A DNA stretch of 64,000 nucleotides from an uncultured Desulfobacteraceae bacterium (GTDB lineage Bacteria; Desulfobacterota; Desulfobacteria; Desulfobacterales; UBA11574), in the NCBI GenBank assembly GCA_964410925.1, contig CAYPIW010000033.1, positions 7,266 to 71,265 on the forward strand, in the 5' to 3' direction. The notes under the pieces were generated by a model that saw only the letters and a list, made by a program, of their open reading frames with translations, did no database searches and was not told where the DNA came from. The translations under genes and the position numbers were made by a program. Shown here one piece after another: positions 1 through 8,670 of the stretch. Numbering within the stretch: the first letter of the stretch is position 1; each line of letters begins with the position of its first letter.

Positions 1-1
1 C

Positions 2-787
2 GATTTCGTTTCAGCATTCAATAAAGACATTCTGCCCGAAATTCACGAACACTATTCCTATCAGCTTAAACTCTCCGAAAGAGGGTATTGGGTATATGAC
101 TTTTGCCTTCCTATGCTGGTGTTGCACACGCTCTTCCACCACAGTAATCGGAGGTTGGTTAACTGGCTTAACATCTGCCCCCGAAAACAGTTCACCACTT
201 TAGACACCCATGACGGTATCGGCGTTGCAGACGTTGCTGATCTGCTCAGTCAGGACGAAATCGAACGTACAATAGAAGGCTTGTATGAAAAAGGATCTAA
301 TCTAAAAAAAATTTACTCCGGACCGGATTATCAAAATCTGGATATTTACCAGGTGAACTGTACCTATTATTCGGCCCTGGAGTGCAATGATGATTCATAT
401 ATCGCAGCACGAACCATACAGTTTTTCACTCCGGGTATACCGCAAGTGTATTATGTCGGTCTTCTGGCAGGTGAAAACGATATCGAACTGTTGAAAAAAA
501 CACAGCTGGGACGAAACATCAATCGACACAATTATACTTTGGAAGAAATTCATGAGGCTTTTAAAAAGCCGGTGGTCCGGCGTTTGCTTCGTCTTATGAA
601 ATTTAGAAATTCGTATCGGGCTTTCGACGGTGAATTTCGTATCGAAGATTCCCCCGAAAATCAGATGGTGATGACCTGGAAGCAGAACAATTATCAAACA
701 ACCGCCACAATTGATTTAAATGATTACCAGGTAACAATTACTTATCTTGACCCGGAATCCGACACTTCAAAGCAATTTGAGGTTTAA
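2..787 (+). CDS. GH13 sucrose-phosphorylase-family glycoside phosphorylase, C-terminal part (5' end lies outside the window)
   Basis: The frame is open from base 2 (DFVSAFNKDILPEIHEHYSYQLKLSERGYWVYDFCLPMLVLHTL...). Motifs LDTHDGIGV, QVNCTYYSAL, FFTPGIPQVYYVGLL and GRNINRHNY are typical of sucrose/glucosylglycerate phosphorylases. Confidence 0.8.
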   Translation, partial: DFVSAFNKDILPEIHEHYSYQLKLSERGYWVYDFCLPMLVLHTLFHHSNRRLVNWLNICPRKQFTTLDTHDGIGVADVADLLSQDEIERTIEGLYEKGSNLKKIYSGPDYQNLDIYQVNCTYYSALECNDDSYIAARTIQFFTPGIPQVYYVGLLAGENDIELLKKTQLGRNINRHNYTLEEIHEAFKKPVVRRLLRLMKFRNSYRAFDGEFRIEDSPENQMVMTWKQNNYQTTATIDLNDYQVTITYLDPESDTSKQFEV

Positions 788-895
788 TCACAGTATACTG
801 TTTTCTTTAATATTCTTGGCATTTTTCTTGATTGTGATAAAAATTTTTGATTCATCATCCCTGTGTACATTGGATTGAAGGTTCGAAAAAGAGCT

Positions 896-1435
896 ATGGT
901 AAAATCCGGATCTGTTTATAAGAATACCGTAAAAACGGATAACGTGATATATTTTCAAGCGGTCTGGCAGGGCGGTGCCCTGCTGGTTTTGTCAATTTTA
1001 CTGGCGCTTTCAATCAATCAGCTTCGACCTGACCCGTTGCCGCTCATGGGAGATTGGTCTGTTAAATCCAGACTCACACCCCCTGACGGTGATCGCCTGG
1101 ATATTTCTTTTGAAGAAGCTGAAAAATTATTTATGGAAAAGTCAGCGCTCTTCATAGATGCCCGTTCTATGGATGAATATGTAAAAGGACACATTCTGGG
1201 TGCCCGCAGTCTGTCCTGGCATGATGTCGACCAACGGTTTATTGAGGTTACAAAAGATATTTCGCCGGATACATTGATCATTACCTATTGTGACGGGATA
1301 AACTGTGAACTGAGCTGGGACCTGGCATTGTTTTTGATGGATATGGGGTTTAATAATGTCCGGGTGCTGCTGGACGGCTGGGCCGAATGGACCAATGGCC
1401 ACCTTCCTGTGGAAACAGGAAATACCGTGTCCTGA
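896..1435 (+). CDS. Rhodanese-domain sulfurtransferase with an N-terminal membrane anchor
   Basis: FIDARSMDEYVKGHILGARSL ... ITYCDGINCELS (active-site Cys loop) ... GWAEW. A hydrophobic N-terminal segment is present. ATG at 896; the listed ORF start at 863 is a GTG alternative. Confidence 0.8.
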   Translation: MVKSGSVYKNTVKTDNVIYFQAVWQGGALLVLSILLALSINQLRPDPLPLMGDWSVKSRLTPPDGDRLDISFEEAEKLFMEKSALFIDARSMDEYVKGHILGARSLSWHDVDQRFIEVTKDISPDTLIITYCDGINCELSWDLALFLMDMGFNNVRVLLDGWAEWTNGHLPVETGNTVS

Positions 1436-1471
1436 CTTTTTACGACTTCATCAATTTTACAGGTGTGAAAT

Positions 1472-1918
1472 TTGACAATAGAAAAAAAAAACTTGAGTCC
1501 ACATCGGATAATAGCACTGTATACCAGGCTCATATTAGGCGGGGTCTTTGTTTATGCCAGTTTCGACAAAATCCTGCACCCGGCCGCATTTGCTGAGGCA
1601 GTCTATAATTATCAGATCCTGCCGGACGAACTTATAAATCTAACGGCAATTGTCCTGCCGTGCCTGGAACTTGTTCTGGGAATTTTTCTTATGATCAATT
1701 TCTGGATGCCCGGAACCGTTATCCTGTGCAACCTTCTTTTAATAACTTTTATCGTCGCCCTGCTGTTTAACATGGCACGCGGGCTGAACATTAACTGCGG
1801 GTGCTTTTCTATCACTGCTGTCGAAAGCTCAATGAACGTCTTGACTGTTTTACGGGATACATGCCTTCTTGTAATATCCGGTTATCTTCTATATGTAATT
1901 TTTTTTTATAAAAAATAA
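1472..1918 (+). CDS. MauE/DoxX-family membrane protein
   Basis: Four hydrophobic segments; LILGGVFVYASFDKILHPAAFAEAVYNYQILP resembles MauE/DoxX. Only a TTG start is available. It follows the rhodanese gene, which is a common pairing. Confidence 0.7.
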   Translation: MTIEKKNLSPHRIIALYTRLILGGVFVYASFDKILHPAAFAEAVYNYQILPDELINLTAIVLPCLELVLGIFLMINFWMPGTVILCNLLLITFIVALLFNMARGLNINCGCFSITAVESSMNVLTVLRDTCLLVISGYLLYVIFFYKK

Positions 1919-1941
1919 CAGATCTCTCCGAAATTACATTT

Positions 1942-2247
1942 ATGAGAAAATATGTTACAATCCTTGTCATAGCTGTGGTTCATTGTACTGTTACTAAAAT
2001 TATTTCAACGATAACGTTATCCGTTGTCACTGCCAATGTACACAACCCTCAGATGACTGTGATGGGTCGTTTGTTCATGTGGATGTCTAAGGTGCTTTAT
2101 TTTCCGGTCATTACAATGGCATTTTATCCAAGGCAGTTTTTCCCCGGAAATCTTGTTATCGTACCGCTGTTTATCAATAGCCTGTTATGGGCATTGATGA
2201 TCTATGTCGTTGCAGTTTTAATTAAAAAATTCGCAAGTCCTCGATAA
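1942..2247 (+). CDS. Hypothetical small membrane protein
   Basis: 101-aa ORF with hydrophobic helices and no recognisable motif. Confidence 0.4.
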   Translation: MRKYVTILVIAVVHCTVTKIISTITLSVVTANVHNPQMTVMGRLFMWMSKVLYFPVITMAFYPRQFFPGNLVIVPLFINSLLWALMIYVVAVLIKKFASPR

Positions 2248-2271
2248 ATTCGACAAGCCCACTCTTTTTCT

Positions 2272-2808
2272 ATGGAGCGTCTCATGCAGGAAACAAACTG
2301 GTATGTCATAACCGGAGCGCCAAGTTCCGGGAAAACTACAGTTATACGCGCGCTTGAACAACTGGGTTATCCGGTTGTTCATGAAGTTGCCCGGAATTAT
2401 ATCGATGAAGAATTAAAAAAGGGCAAAAATATCGGGCAAATTAAAGCGGATATCCTGTCGTTTGAGCGCCATATTTTGTATAAAAAGCTTGAAATTGAAA
2501 CATCTCTTCCCAAAGACGAACCGGTTTTCCTGGATCGTGCGATTCCTGACAGTATTGGATATTATATTCTGGAAGGATTATCTCCGGATGAACCCATTAG
2601 AAAGAGCAAGCAAACCCGGTATAAAAAAATTTTTTTATTTGAAAGATTGCGGTTTGAAAAAGATGACGTTCGCTCAGAAAATGATAAGATCGCAGCCAAG
2701 CTCAATGGTATCTTGAAGGAAAGTTATCAAATGCTGGGATATGCAATTATTACTGTTCCCTTGTTGTCTGTCGACGATCGCGTCGATTTTATCTTAAAAC
2801 GTCTTTAA
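2272..2808 (+). CDS. AAA-type P-loop ATPase (NadR-kinase-like / AAA_28-like)
   Basis: Walker A ITGAPSSGKTT at the N-terminus, FLDR Walker-B-like segment, about 180 aa. Confidence 0.75.
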   Translation: MERLMQETNWYVITGAPSSGKTTVIRALEQLGYPVVHEVARNYIDEELKKGKNIGQIKADILSFERHILYKKLEIETSLPKDEPVFLDRAIPDSIGYYILEGLSPDEPIRKSKQTRYKKIFLFERLRFEKDDVRSENDKIAAKLNGILKESYQMLGYAIITVPLLSVDDRVDFILKRL

Positions 2809-2837
2809 TTACAAGTTAGTTCGCTTCGCTCACAATT

Positions 2838-2911
2838 GGCCTCCGGCCCGTGGGGCCTACGCCCCGGAGGGAATAGTGGAATAATGGAGTAATGGAGTAA
2901 TGGAGTAATGG
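2838..2911. repeat. Dispersed palindrome (CCTCCGG...CCGGAGG) followed by an 8-bp tandem repeat GGAGTAAT x3-4
   Basis: ggcctccggcccgtggggcctacgccccggagg is followed by ggaataatggagtaatggagtaatggagtaatgg. Related palindromes occur near 17311-17345 and 38070-38104. Confidence 0.8.
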
Positions 2912-3119
2912 GTTTTAAGGAATTTCTTAAAATTAAAATGGTTTATTTCCACCTCTATCCCCAATATTTTTACCCAGTGAAACTTTTTTCTATTTCACCG
3001 GGGCCAGCATTCCAATATTCCATTCTTCCATTCTGATGGCATAAACAGGTTGCCATTAATAAACTTATATTCTCAAGATGTTGTAGAATTTACGATTCAT
3101 TAAATTAAAGGGGCAAATA

Positions 3120-3755
3120 ATGAAAAAAACAATTGCAATCATTGCGAGTCTGATACTGACCATATCTCTTTTTTCATGTGTCGGCACAACACAAAAGGAA
3201 AAAGGTGCGAAAACAGGCGCTTCAATTGGCGCTGCAAACGGTGCGGTTCTCGGCCAAGTTATTGGCGGGCATACGGAATCCACTCTTCTCGGAGCGGCAA
3301 TCGGCACCGCTGCTGGGGGTCTCGCCGGTCATCAAATCGGTGTATATATGGACCGGCAGGAGCAAGAGTTGAAAACTGCAATGGCTGCGAGTGAAGCTGC
3401 CAGCATCCAGAGAACCCATGATGTTTTGACGGCCACTTTCCGTTCCGAATATTTGTTCAACCTTGACTCTTCAACCTTAAAGCCGGGAGCATATACGGAA
3501 ATCGGCAGGGTTGCCGATGTATTAAACAGATATCCACAGACAACCATCAGAGTCGAAGCCCATACCGATTCAAAAAGTTCCGAAGCATATAATCAAACTT
3601 TGTCCGAAAAGCGGTCACTGGCAGTTAAGAGCGCTCTGACGCAAAGAGGGGTGGATCCCACAAGAATACAAACCGTGGGATCGGGTGAGTCACAACCTAT
3701 ATCTTCAAATGATGCCATGAACAGAAGAGTTGTGATTGTAATTATACCCACTTAG
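3120..3755 (+). CDS. OmpA-family lipoprotein with a glycine-zipper N-domain
   Basis: Lipobox LFSC; Gly-rich GASIGAANGAVLGQVIGG segment; OmpA_C motifs RVEAHTDS...YNQTLSEKRSLAV...NRRVVIVI. Confidence 0.9.
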   Translation: MKKTIAIIASLILTISLFSCVGTTQKEKGAKTGASIGAANGAVLGQVIGGHTESTLLGAAIGTAAGGLAGHQIGVYMDRQEQELKTAMAASEAASIQRTHDVLTATFRSEYLFNLDSSTLKPGAYTEIGRVADVLNRYPQTTIRVEAHTDSKSSEAYNQTLSEKRSLAVKSALTQRGVDPTRIQTVGSGESQPISSNDAMNRRVVIVIIPT

Positions 3756-3787
3756 AAAATATAGAATAAAAAAGGAGGATTAAAAAG

Positions 3788-3916
3788 ATGAGAGTCTTAG
3801 GAGCAGCCTTATTATTAATAATTTGTTTTTCTCCTTTCCCCGCGGCAAGAAAATGGTTGGGCAATTTAAATTTGGTGAATTTGTCGGGAAATAGCCAAAG
3901 CCATGTTGCCCGTTAA
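3788..3916 (+). CDS. Possible 42-aa small secreted or membrane peptide
   Basis: A strong RBS (AAAGGAGG) lies 7-8 nt before the ATG. The N-terminus MRVLGAALLLIICFSPFPA looks like a signal peptide. It is too short to validate by eye. Confidence 0.25.
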   Translation: MRVLGAALLLIICFSPFPAARKWLGNLNLVNLSGNSQSHVAR

Positions 3917-4296
3917 TCTCTTACGACAAAATTTTGCACCACATTAAAGAGATCATTCACACCGACAGGTTTAGCAAGAAAGGCATCAGCTCCGGAATTT
4001 CTGGCGAGTTCTTCATTGGCAGGATTATCGGACATCAGAAGGAATTTCTTGCCCGGACTTTTCTCCTTGAATTTAGCCATAAGTTCAAATCCGTCCAACC
4101 CGGTAACGTCAATCTCTGAAATCATCATGTCCGGACTTTCATTGCCCTCTATATATCTCCAAGCGGCCAAACCGTTATCAAAAGATAAAACATCTCTGTT
4201 CACACAATACATCAAAACTGTGACAATAAAATCTCGGACCAGCAGATCATTATCAACAACAGCGATCTTTACGTTTGGTATATTGACTGGGTTCAC
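3913..4296 (-). CDS. Stand-alone CheY-like receiver domain protein (atypical: Glu at the phospho-acceptor position)
   Basis: KIAVVDND...MMISEIDVTGLDGFEL...FLLMSD...FLAKPV aligns to CheY without gaps. CheY D57 corresponds to E61. Confidence 0.85.
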   Translation of the reverse strand: MNPVNIPNVKIAVVDNDLLVRDFIVTVLMYCVNRDVLSFDNGLAAWRYIEGNESPDMMISEIDVTGLDGFELMAKFKEKSPGKKFLLMSDNPANEELARNSGADAFLAKPVGVNDLFNVVQNFVVRD

Positions 4297-4733
4297 GCTA
4301 CTTTCAGAAAATTTACATCTCGAATTTGGAATTTGAATATAAGCGTCTCACAGATCTTGTTCAAGTTGTCGGCAAGAGCCTTTTCTCTGAAATGACCCCT
4401 GAGACGGTCCTCGGCCAGGGCTTTGGCCATTACGGCCAGCAGCTGAACCCGCTGATGAAACAGATGCTCTTCCGAGGTCTTTCCCCTGAAAACACTATCT
4501 GCCGGGATCTCAATACCATTGTCCTTTAAAATGGAGGATTCGCTGACGATATGGAGGAAATGATAGAAAACATGGTTTGCATTTTCCATGGTGGCTTTTT
4601 TCCGGTAATTTCCCAGAGGGCAATCTCTTAAATAGGCCTTGGCCATGATAATAAGAAGCTTTAGTCTCGATGAAAAAATATCATCTTCCGACATTGCTCT
4701 CATCTCCACGGACGTCCACCCCAATTTAATCAT
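4293..4733 (-). CDS. Hypothetical protein with an internal duplication, translationally coupled to the receiver gene
   Basis: 4-nt ATGA overlap with 3913..4296. Two related segments: LLIIMAKAYLRDCPLGNYRKKATMENANHV and LLAVMAKALAEDRLRGHFREKALADNLNKI. Confidence 0.6.
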   Translation of the reverse strand: MIKLGWTSVEMRAMSEDDIFSSRLKLLIIMAKAYLRDCPLGNYRKKATMENANHVFYHFLHIVSESSILKDNGIEIPADSVFRGKTSEEHLFHQRVQLLAVMAKALAEDRLRGHFREKALADNLNKICETLIFKFQIRDVNFLKVA

Positions 4734-4807
4734 TCTATGTCCTTGCCGATGAATTTCTTAGTAAAAAACATTACCTCCAGACCGAATATTATAGTATTCC
4801 CCTTATC

Positions 4808-5539
4808 CTATTCGCATGTGGATGTCAATAATTCTTTGCGGGAAGTTAGATGGGTTAAAAGTTCTTTTTTTTCTCTTTCCGTCAAATTGCGCCATGTGCC
4901 TTCGGCCAGGCTTCCCAGTTTAATTTTTGAAACCCTTATCCGCCGCAACTCTGTCACACGGTTCCCCACTTTTCTGACCATGCGTCGTATCTGCCTGTTT
5001 CTACCCTCTTTAAGTATGATATGAAAACGCCTGGAAGAAATTCTCCGGATCTCTGCGGGTCTGGTTTTGCTTCCCATCATGGGTAAGCCTTGGGCAATGC
5101 TCCGGAGGGAGCCATCGGTTATGTGCCTTGAAACGGTAACCTCATATTCTTTTTCATGATCAAAGGAAGGATGTGAAAGTCTGTGATGGAGACTGCCGTC
5201 ATTGGTTAAAATCAAAAGTCCGCTTGAGTCCTTGTCAAGCCGTCCTATGGGATAGACACGCTCGGATATGTCTATAAGATCCAGCACGATCTTTTCCCCC
5301 GGATGGCTGCAGCTGGTAACATATCCTTTGGGTTTATTGAGAACTATATATACGGGTTCACTTTTTAGCGATACACCCTTTCCATCGAATTCCACCCTGT
5401 CTTTCTCAGCATCTATCTTTGTACCCAGCTCGGTAACAATTCTGCTGTTTACCCTGATACGCCCTTCCCGGATATATACTTCTCCTTTTCTTCTGGAACA
5501 GATGCCGGCTTCGGAAAGAAATTTTTGCAAACGTATCAT
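4808..5539 (-). CDS. rRNA pseudouridine synthase, RsuA/RluB/RluF family (S4 domain plus PseudoU_synth_2)
   Basis: S4 motif RLQKFLSEAGICSRRKGEVYIREGRIRVN and catalytic GRLDKDSSGLLILTNDG. Start chosen at MIRLQKFL. Confidence 0.9.
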   Translation of the reverse strand: MIRLQKFLSEAGICSRRKGEVYIREGRIRVNSRIVTELGTKIDAEKDRVEFDGKGVSLKSEPVYIVLNKPKGYVTSCSHPGEKIVLDLIDISERVYPIGRLDKDSSGLLILTNDGSLHHRLSHPSFDHEKEYEVTVSRHITDGSLRSIAQGLPMMGSKTRPAEIRRISSRRFHIILKEGRNRQIRRMVRKVGNRVTELRRIRVSKIKLGSLAEGTWRNLTEREKKELLTHLTSRKELLTSTCE

Positions 5540-5580
5540 CGTCATAAGCTGTACCCACACCGGTCACAATTTGCGCTCAG

Positions 5581-6765
5581 CTAAGATCTGTAATCCGCAT
5601 TGATTTTTACATAGTCCACGGAAAAATCGCAGGTATACATAAAGTCAGAGCCCCGGCCCATGTTTAAATCAATGGTTACGACGAATTCCGGTTTGCAAAG
5701 AATCTTTGTGGCCTCAGTCTCGGCGGCCTTTCCGCATCCCATGCCGCCTTTCACCATTTGAATATCATCAAAATAAACATCTATCTTATTTGGGTCTATT
5801 TTAGCATCCGCCCTTCCCACAGCGCCCACAATACGTCCCCAGTTGGCATCCTCTCCGAAAAATGAAGTCTTTACCAGAGGAGAATGAGCAACCGTGCCTG
5901 CAACGTTTCGGGCATCAGAGTCCGACACCGCCCCCCGGACCATAATTTCAACCAGCTTTGTCACCCCTTCCCCATCTCTGACCAGCTGTTTGGCCAGGTT
6001 CAGTAAGATTTGATCCAAAACTTTTTGAAAAATATTTTTATGGACTGCGTTTTGAATAACGGCTCCGGACAGCCCGTTTGCCATGACCATGACCGTATCG
6101 TTGGTGCTGGTATCCCCGTCAATGGTTATCCGGTTAAAAGAACGGTCTGCAGCTTTAACCAATGTCTCTTTTAAAATTTCCGGCGATGTTCCAATGTCGG
6201 TACAGATAAAGCAAAGCATTGTGGCCATATCCGGACGGATCATTCCTGCGCCTTTGGCAACACCGGTAACGGTAAAAACCGTTCCTTCCACAACTCCCTG
6301 TGAAGAGGCTGTTTTAGGAACGGTGTCTGTTGTCATTATCGACCAGGCCAGGTCGACAATTCCTTCGGGCCGAAGGGATTCCACAAGATTGGGAACCGCT
6401 GTTTTAATCTTTTCAATGGGCAGGGGCTCACCGATAACACCGGTTGAAGCCACAAATACCAGGTCATTTGAAATTCCGAGTTCAGATGCTGCGAGACGGG
6501 TCATGGTTCTGGCATCGCGCATCCCCTGTTCGCCGGTACAGCAATTGGCATTACCGCTGTTGACAATAACCGCCTGGCAAGCACCCGATTTTATCAATTC
6601 CATGTCAAGAAGAACCGGCGCCGCCTTTACCCGGTTTTTGGTAAACAGACCGGCAACGGTTGCCGGTACCTGTGAATAGATAAGCCCAAGATCTTTTTGA
6701 CCTTTTTTTTTAAGGCCCGATGCAACCCCGGCGGCCTTAAATCCGGAACACATTATAACGCTCAT
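5581..6765 (-). CDS. argJ: Bifunctional ornithine acetyltransferase / N-acetylglutamate synthase
   Basis: Autoprocessing site ATMLCFICTD, plus KGAGMIRPDMATML and GEDANWGRI. Confidence 0.95.
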   Translation of the reverse strand: MSVIMCSGFKAAGVASGLKKKGQKDLGLIYSQVPATVAGLFTKNRVKAAPVLLDMELIKSGACQAVIVNSGNANCCTGEQGMRDARTMTRLAASELGISNDLVFVASTGVIGEPLPIEKIKTAVPNLVESLRPEGIVDLAWSIMTTDTVPKTASSQGVVEGTVFTVTGVAKGAGMIRPDMATMLCFICTDIGTSPEILKETLVKAADRSFNRITIDGDTSTNDTVMVMANGLSGAVIQNAVHKNIFQKVLDQILLNLAKQLVRDGEGVTKLVEIMVRGAVSDSDARNVAGTVAHSPLVKTSFFGEDANWGRIVGAVGRADAKIDPNKIDVYFDDIQMVKGGMGCGKAAETEATKILCKPEFVVTIDLNMGRGSDFMYTCDFSVDYVKINADYRS

Positions 6766-6863
6766 GTCTATACGTTTCCTTTAAGAAAATTCATTTTAAC
6801 ATATTCCTCACGTAAGGATTTCATTTGACAGAATAGTCAAATATTGTCAATCTGCATTTCTAC

Positions 6864-7604
6864 ATGCTACAGAACTTTAAAATTACCATCGAATACGACG
6901 GTACGGCCTATCACGGCTGGCAGCGTCAGACAAATGATCGAACCATTCAGAGCGAAATTGAAAAAGCTCTGATGACCATGACGGGAGACCGGATAACTCT
7001 CACAGGATCCGGTCGAACAGATGCCGGTGTGCATGCCTTTGGCCAGGTCGCAAATTTTTCTTGCAACACATCATTGGATTCCGGTGTTTTTCAAAAAGGC
7101 CTCAACAGTCTTCTGCCCGAAGATATTGTCATCACGATGTGCACACAAGTCTCGATGAAATTTCATGCCCGCTATGATGTTACAAGCAAATCTTATCATT
7201 ACAGAATATTAAATCGTCATCTCCCCGCTGCCATCTTCAGGCAATATGCCTGGCACATCCCGAAAAAACTCGAGCTGGATGCCATGGCCGGCTCCCTGCG
7301 TTATATCATCGGAACCCACGACTTTAAAGCGTTTGAAGGCACAGGGAGCCCCAGAGCCAACACCATCCGATCTGTTATTCATGCGGATCTTGAAAAAATG
7401 GATAATGGATATCTTGTTTTTAAAATACAAGGAAACGGCTTCTTGAGGTTTATGGTGCGAAACATTGTCGGAACACTTTTGGATGTAGGACTGGGCAAGA
7501 TCACACCCGATGACTTTAACAATATACTGTTGTCAAAAGATCGCAACCTTGCGGGTGTGACAGCGCCGGCACACGGGTTATTCCTGATGCAGGTCAACTA
7601 TTAA
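6864..7604 (+). CDS. truA: tRNA pseudouridine(38-40) synthase
   Basis: IEYDGTAYHGWQRQ and GRTDAGVHAFGQVANF. Confidence 0.95.
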   Translation: MLQNFKITIEYDGTAYHGWQRQTNDRTIQSEIEKALMTMTGDRITLTGSGRTDAGVHAFGQVANFSCNTSLDSGVFQKGLNSLLPEDIVITMCTQVSMKFHARYDVTSKSYHYRILNRHLPAAIFRQYAWHIPKKLELDAMAGSLRYIIGTHDFKAFEGTGSPRANTIRSVIHADLEKMDNGYLVFKIQGNGFLRFMVRNIVGTLLDVGLGKITPDDFNNILLSKDRNLAGVTAPAHGLFLMQVNY

Positions 7605-7634
7605 TGATTACCATATTATAATCTCACAAAATCC

Positions 7635-8591
7635 ATGAAAATCCTCGTCTCTCATTACGGTGGCCTGGGCGATTTTCTAACAATTCTGCCGGTTGTTGCA
7701 TACTATAAAACAATACATGCGGCTTCCATTACCCTGCTCGGAAAGCCGTCCTTCGCTTCGCTTGCCATGCAGGCGGGATACATTGATCATATAGAAGACG
7801 CGGGCAGCGCCATGAATTTATTTCTTTTTCAAGAGAATTCAGATCAAAAATTGCTTCGCGGTTTTTTCGCGCCGTATGATTTGATAATTCTCTTTGCGGT
7901 TCCGGATTCTCCGCTGATCGAAAATACCCGCGCTTTTTCAACCGCTAAGATAGTCGCACAGCCTCCTTTCCCGGAAAAGCGAATTCCCATAGTCGATTAT
8001 CACCTTTCGGCAATTGGAAGCATGCCCTTTGAGTTAAGCCAGCGGGTCCCAACTCTCTCTCTGCCCGAGGGAGAACCCGGAAATCCACTGTCTGCCATTC
8101 TGCAAAGCATACAAAGAAAGGGTATTGGGATCGCCCTCCACCCGGGCAGCGGGAGCAAAATAAAGAACTGGCCATTTGAACGTTTTCTGGCTGTGGCAAA
8201 ACGATTGCGTAATGAAAGCTTCAGCGTCTTTTGGATTTGCGGCCCCGCGGAAGCGGATATTGAAGTTCCAACGGAAGATACGCTGCTAAAGGGACTAACG
8301 CTCCTTGAAATATCTAAAATTCTGCGGTATTGTGCGGCGTTCATAGGCAATGACGGGGGCATAACCCATCTGGCTGCAGCATCCGGATGCCCGGTTATCG
8401 CCCTGTTCGGACCGTCTGATCCAATAGTGTGGGGGCCGCGGGGAATAAACCCGGTAAAGATTATTTATCATCCTTATGATTGCTCGCCATGTCATCGCAT
8501 ATCTGATAAAACAAAAGTATGCGACCACAGGTGTATGAATGCCATCCATCCGGATGAAGTGCTGAACGTTCTGCACTCATTAATCCGGTAA
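7635..8591 (+). CDS. Glycosyltransferase family 9 (heptosyltransferase-like)
   Basis: HPGSGSKIKNWPFERF...GNDGGITHLAAASGCPVIALFGPSDP. Confidence 0.85.
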   Translation: MKILVSHYGGLGDFLTILPVVAYYKTIHAASITLLGKPSFASLAMQAGYIDHIEDAGSAMNLFLFQENSDQKLLRGFFAPYDLIILFAVPDSPLIENTRAFSTAKIVAQPPFPEKRIPIVDYHLSAIGSMPFELSQRVPTLSLPEGEPGNPLSAILQSIQRKGIGIALHPGSGSKIKNWPFERFLAVAKRLRNESFSVFWICGPAEADIEVPTEDTLLKGLTLLEISKILRYCAAFIGNDGGITHLAAASGCPVIALFGPSDPIVWGPRGINPVKIIYHPYDCSPCHRISDKTKVCDHRCMNAIHPDEVLNVLHSLIR

Positions 8592-8670
8592 TAGATGTAT
8601 TTCATATCGAACACAATATATTACATACCAGGTACTTGATGAATTTGATCTTCTGCGAGTTCATGGATAG

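Noticed and set aside
6083-6679. 198-aa plus-strand ORF inside argJ; similarly 28735..29364 inside recD, 12787..13329 inside kdsD, 14243..14743 inside pfk and 37151..37699 inside the iscS-like gene
   Set aside because: Each is antisense to a gene with unambiguous family motifs, and none has a motif of its own.
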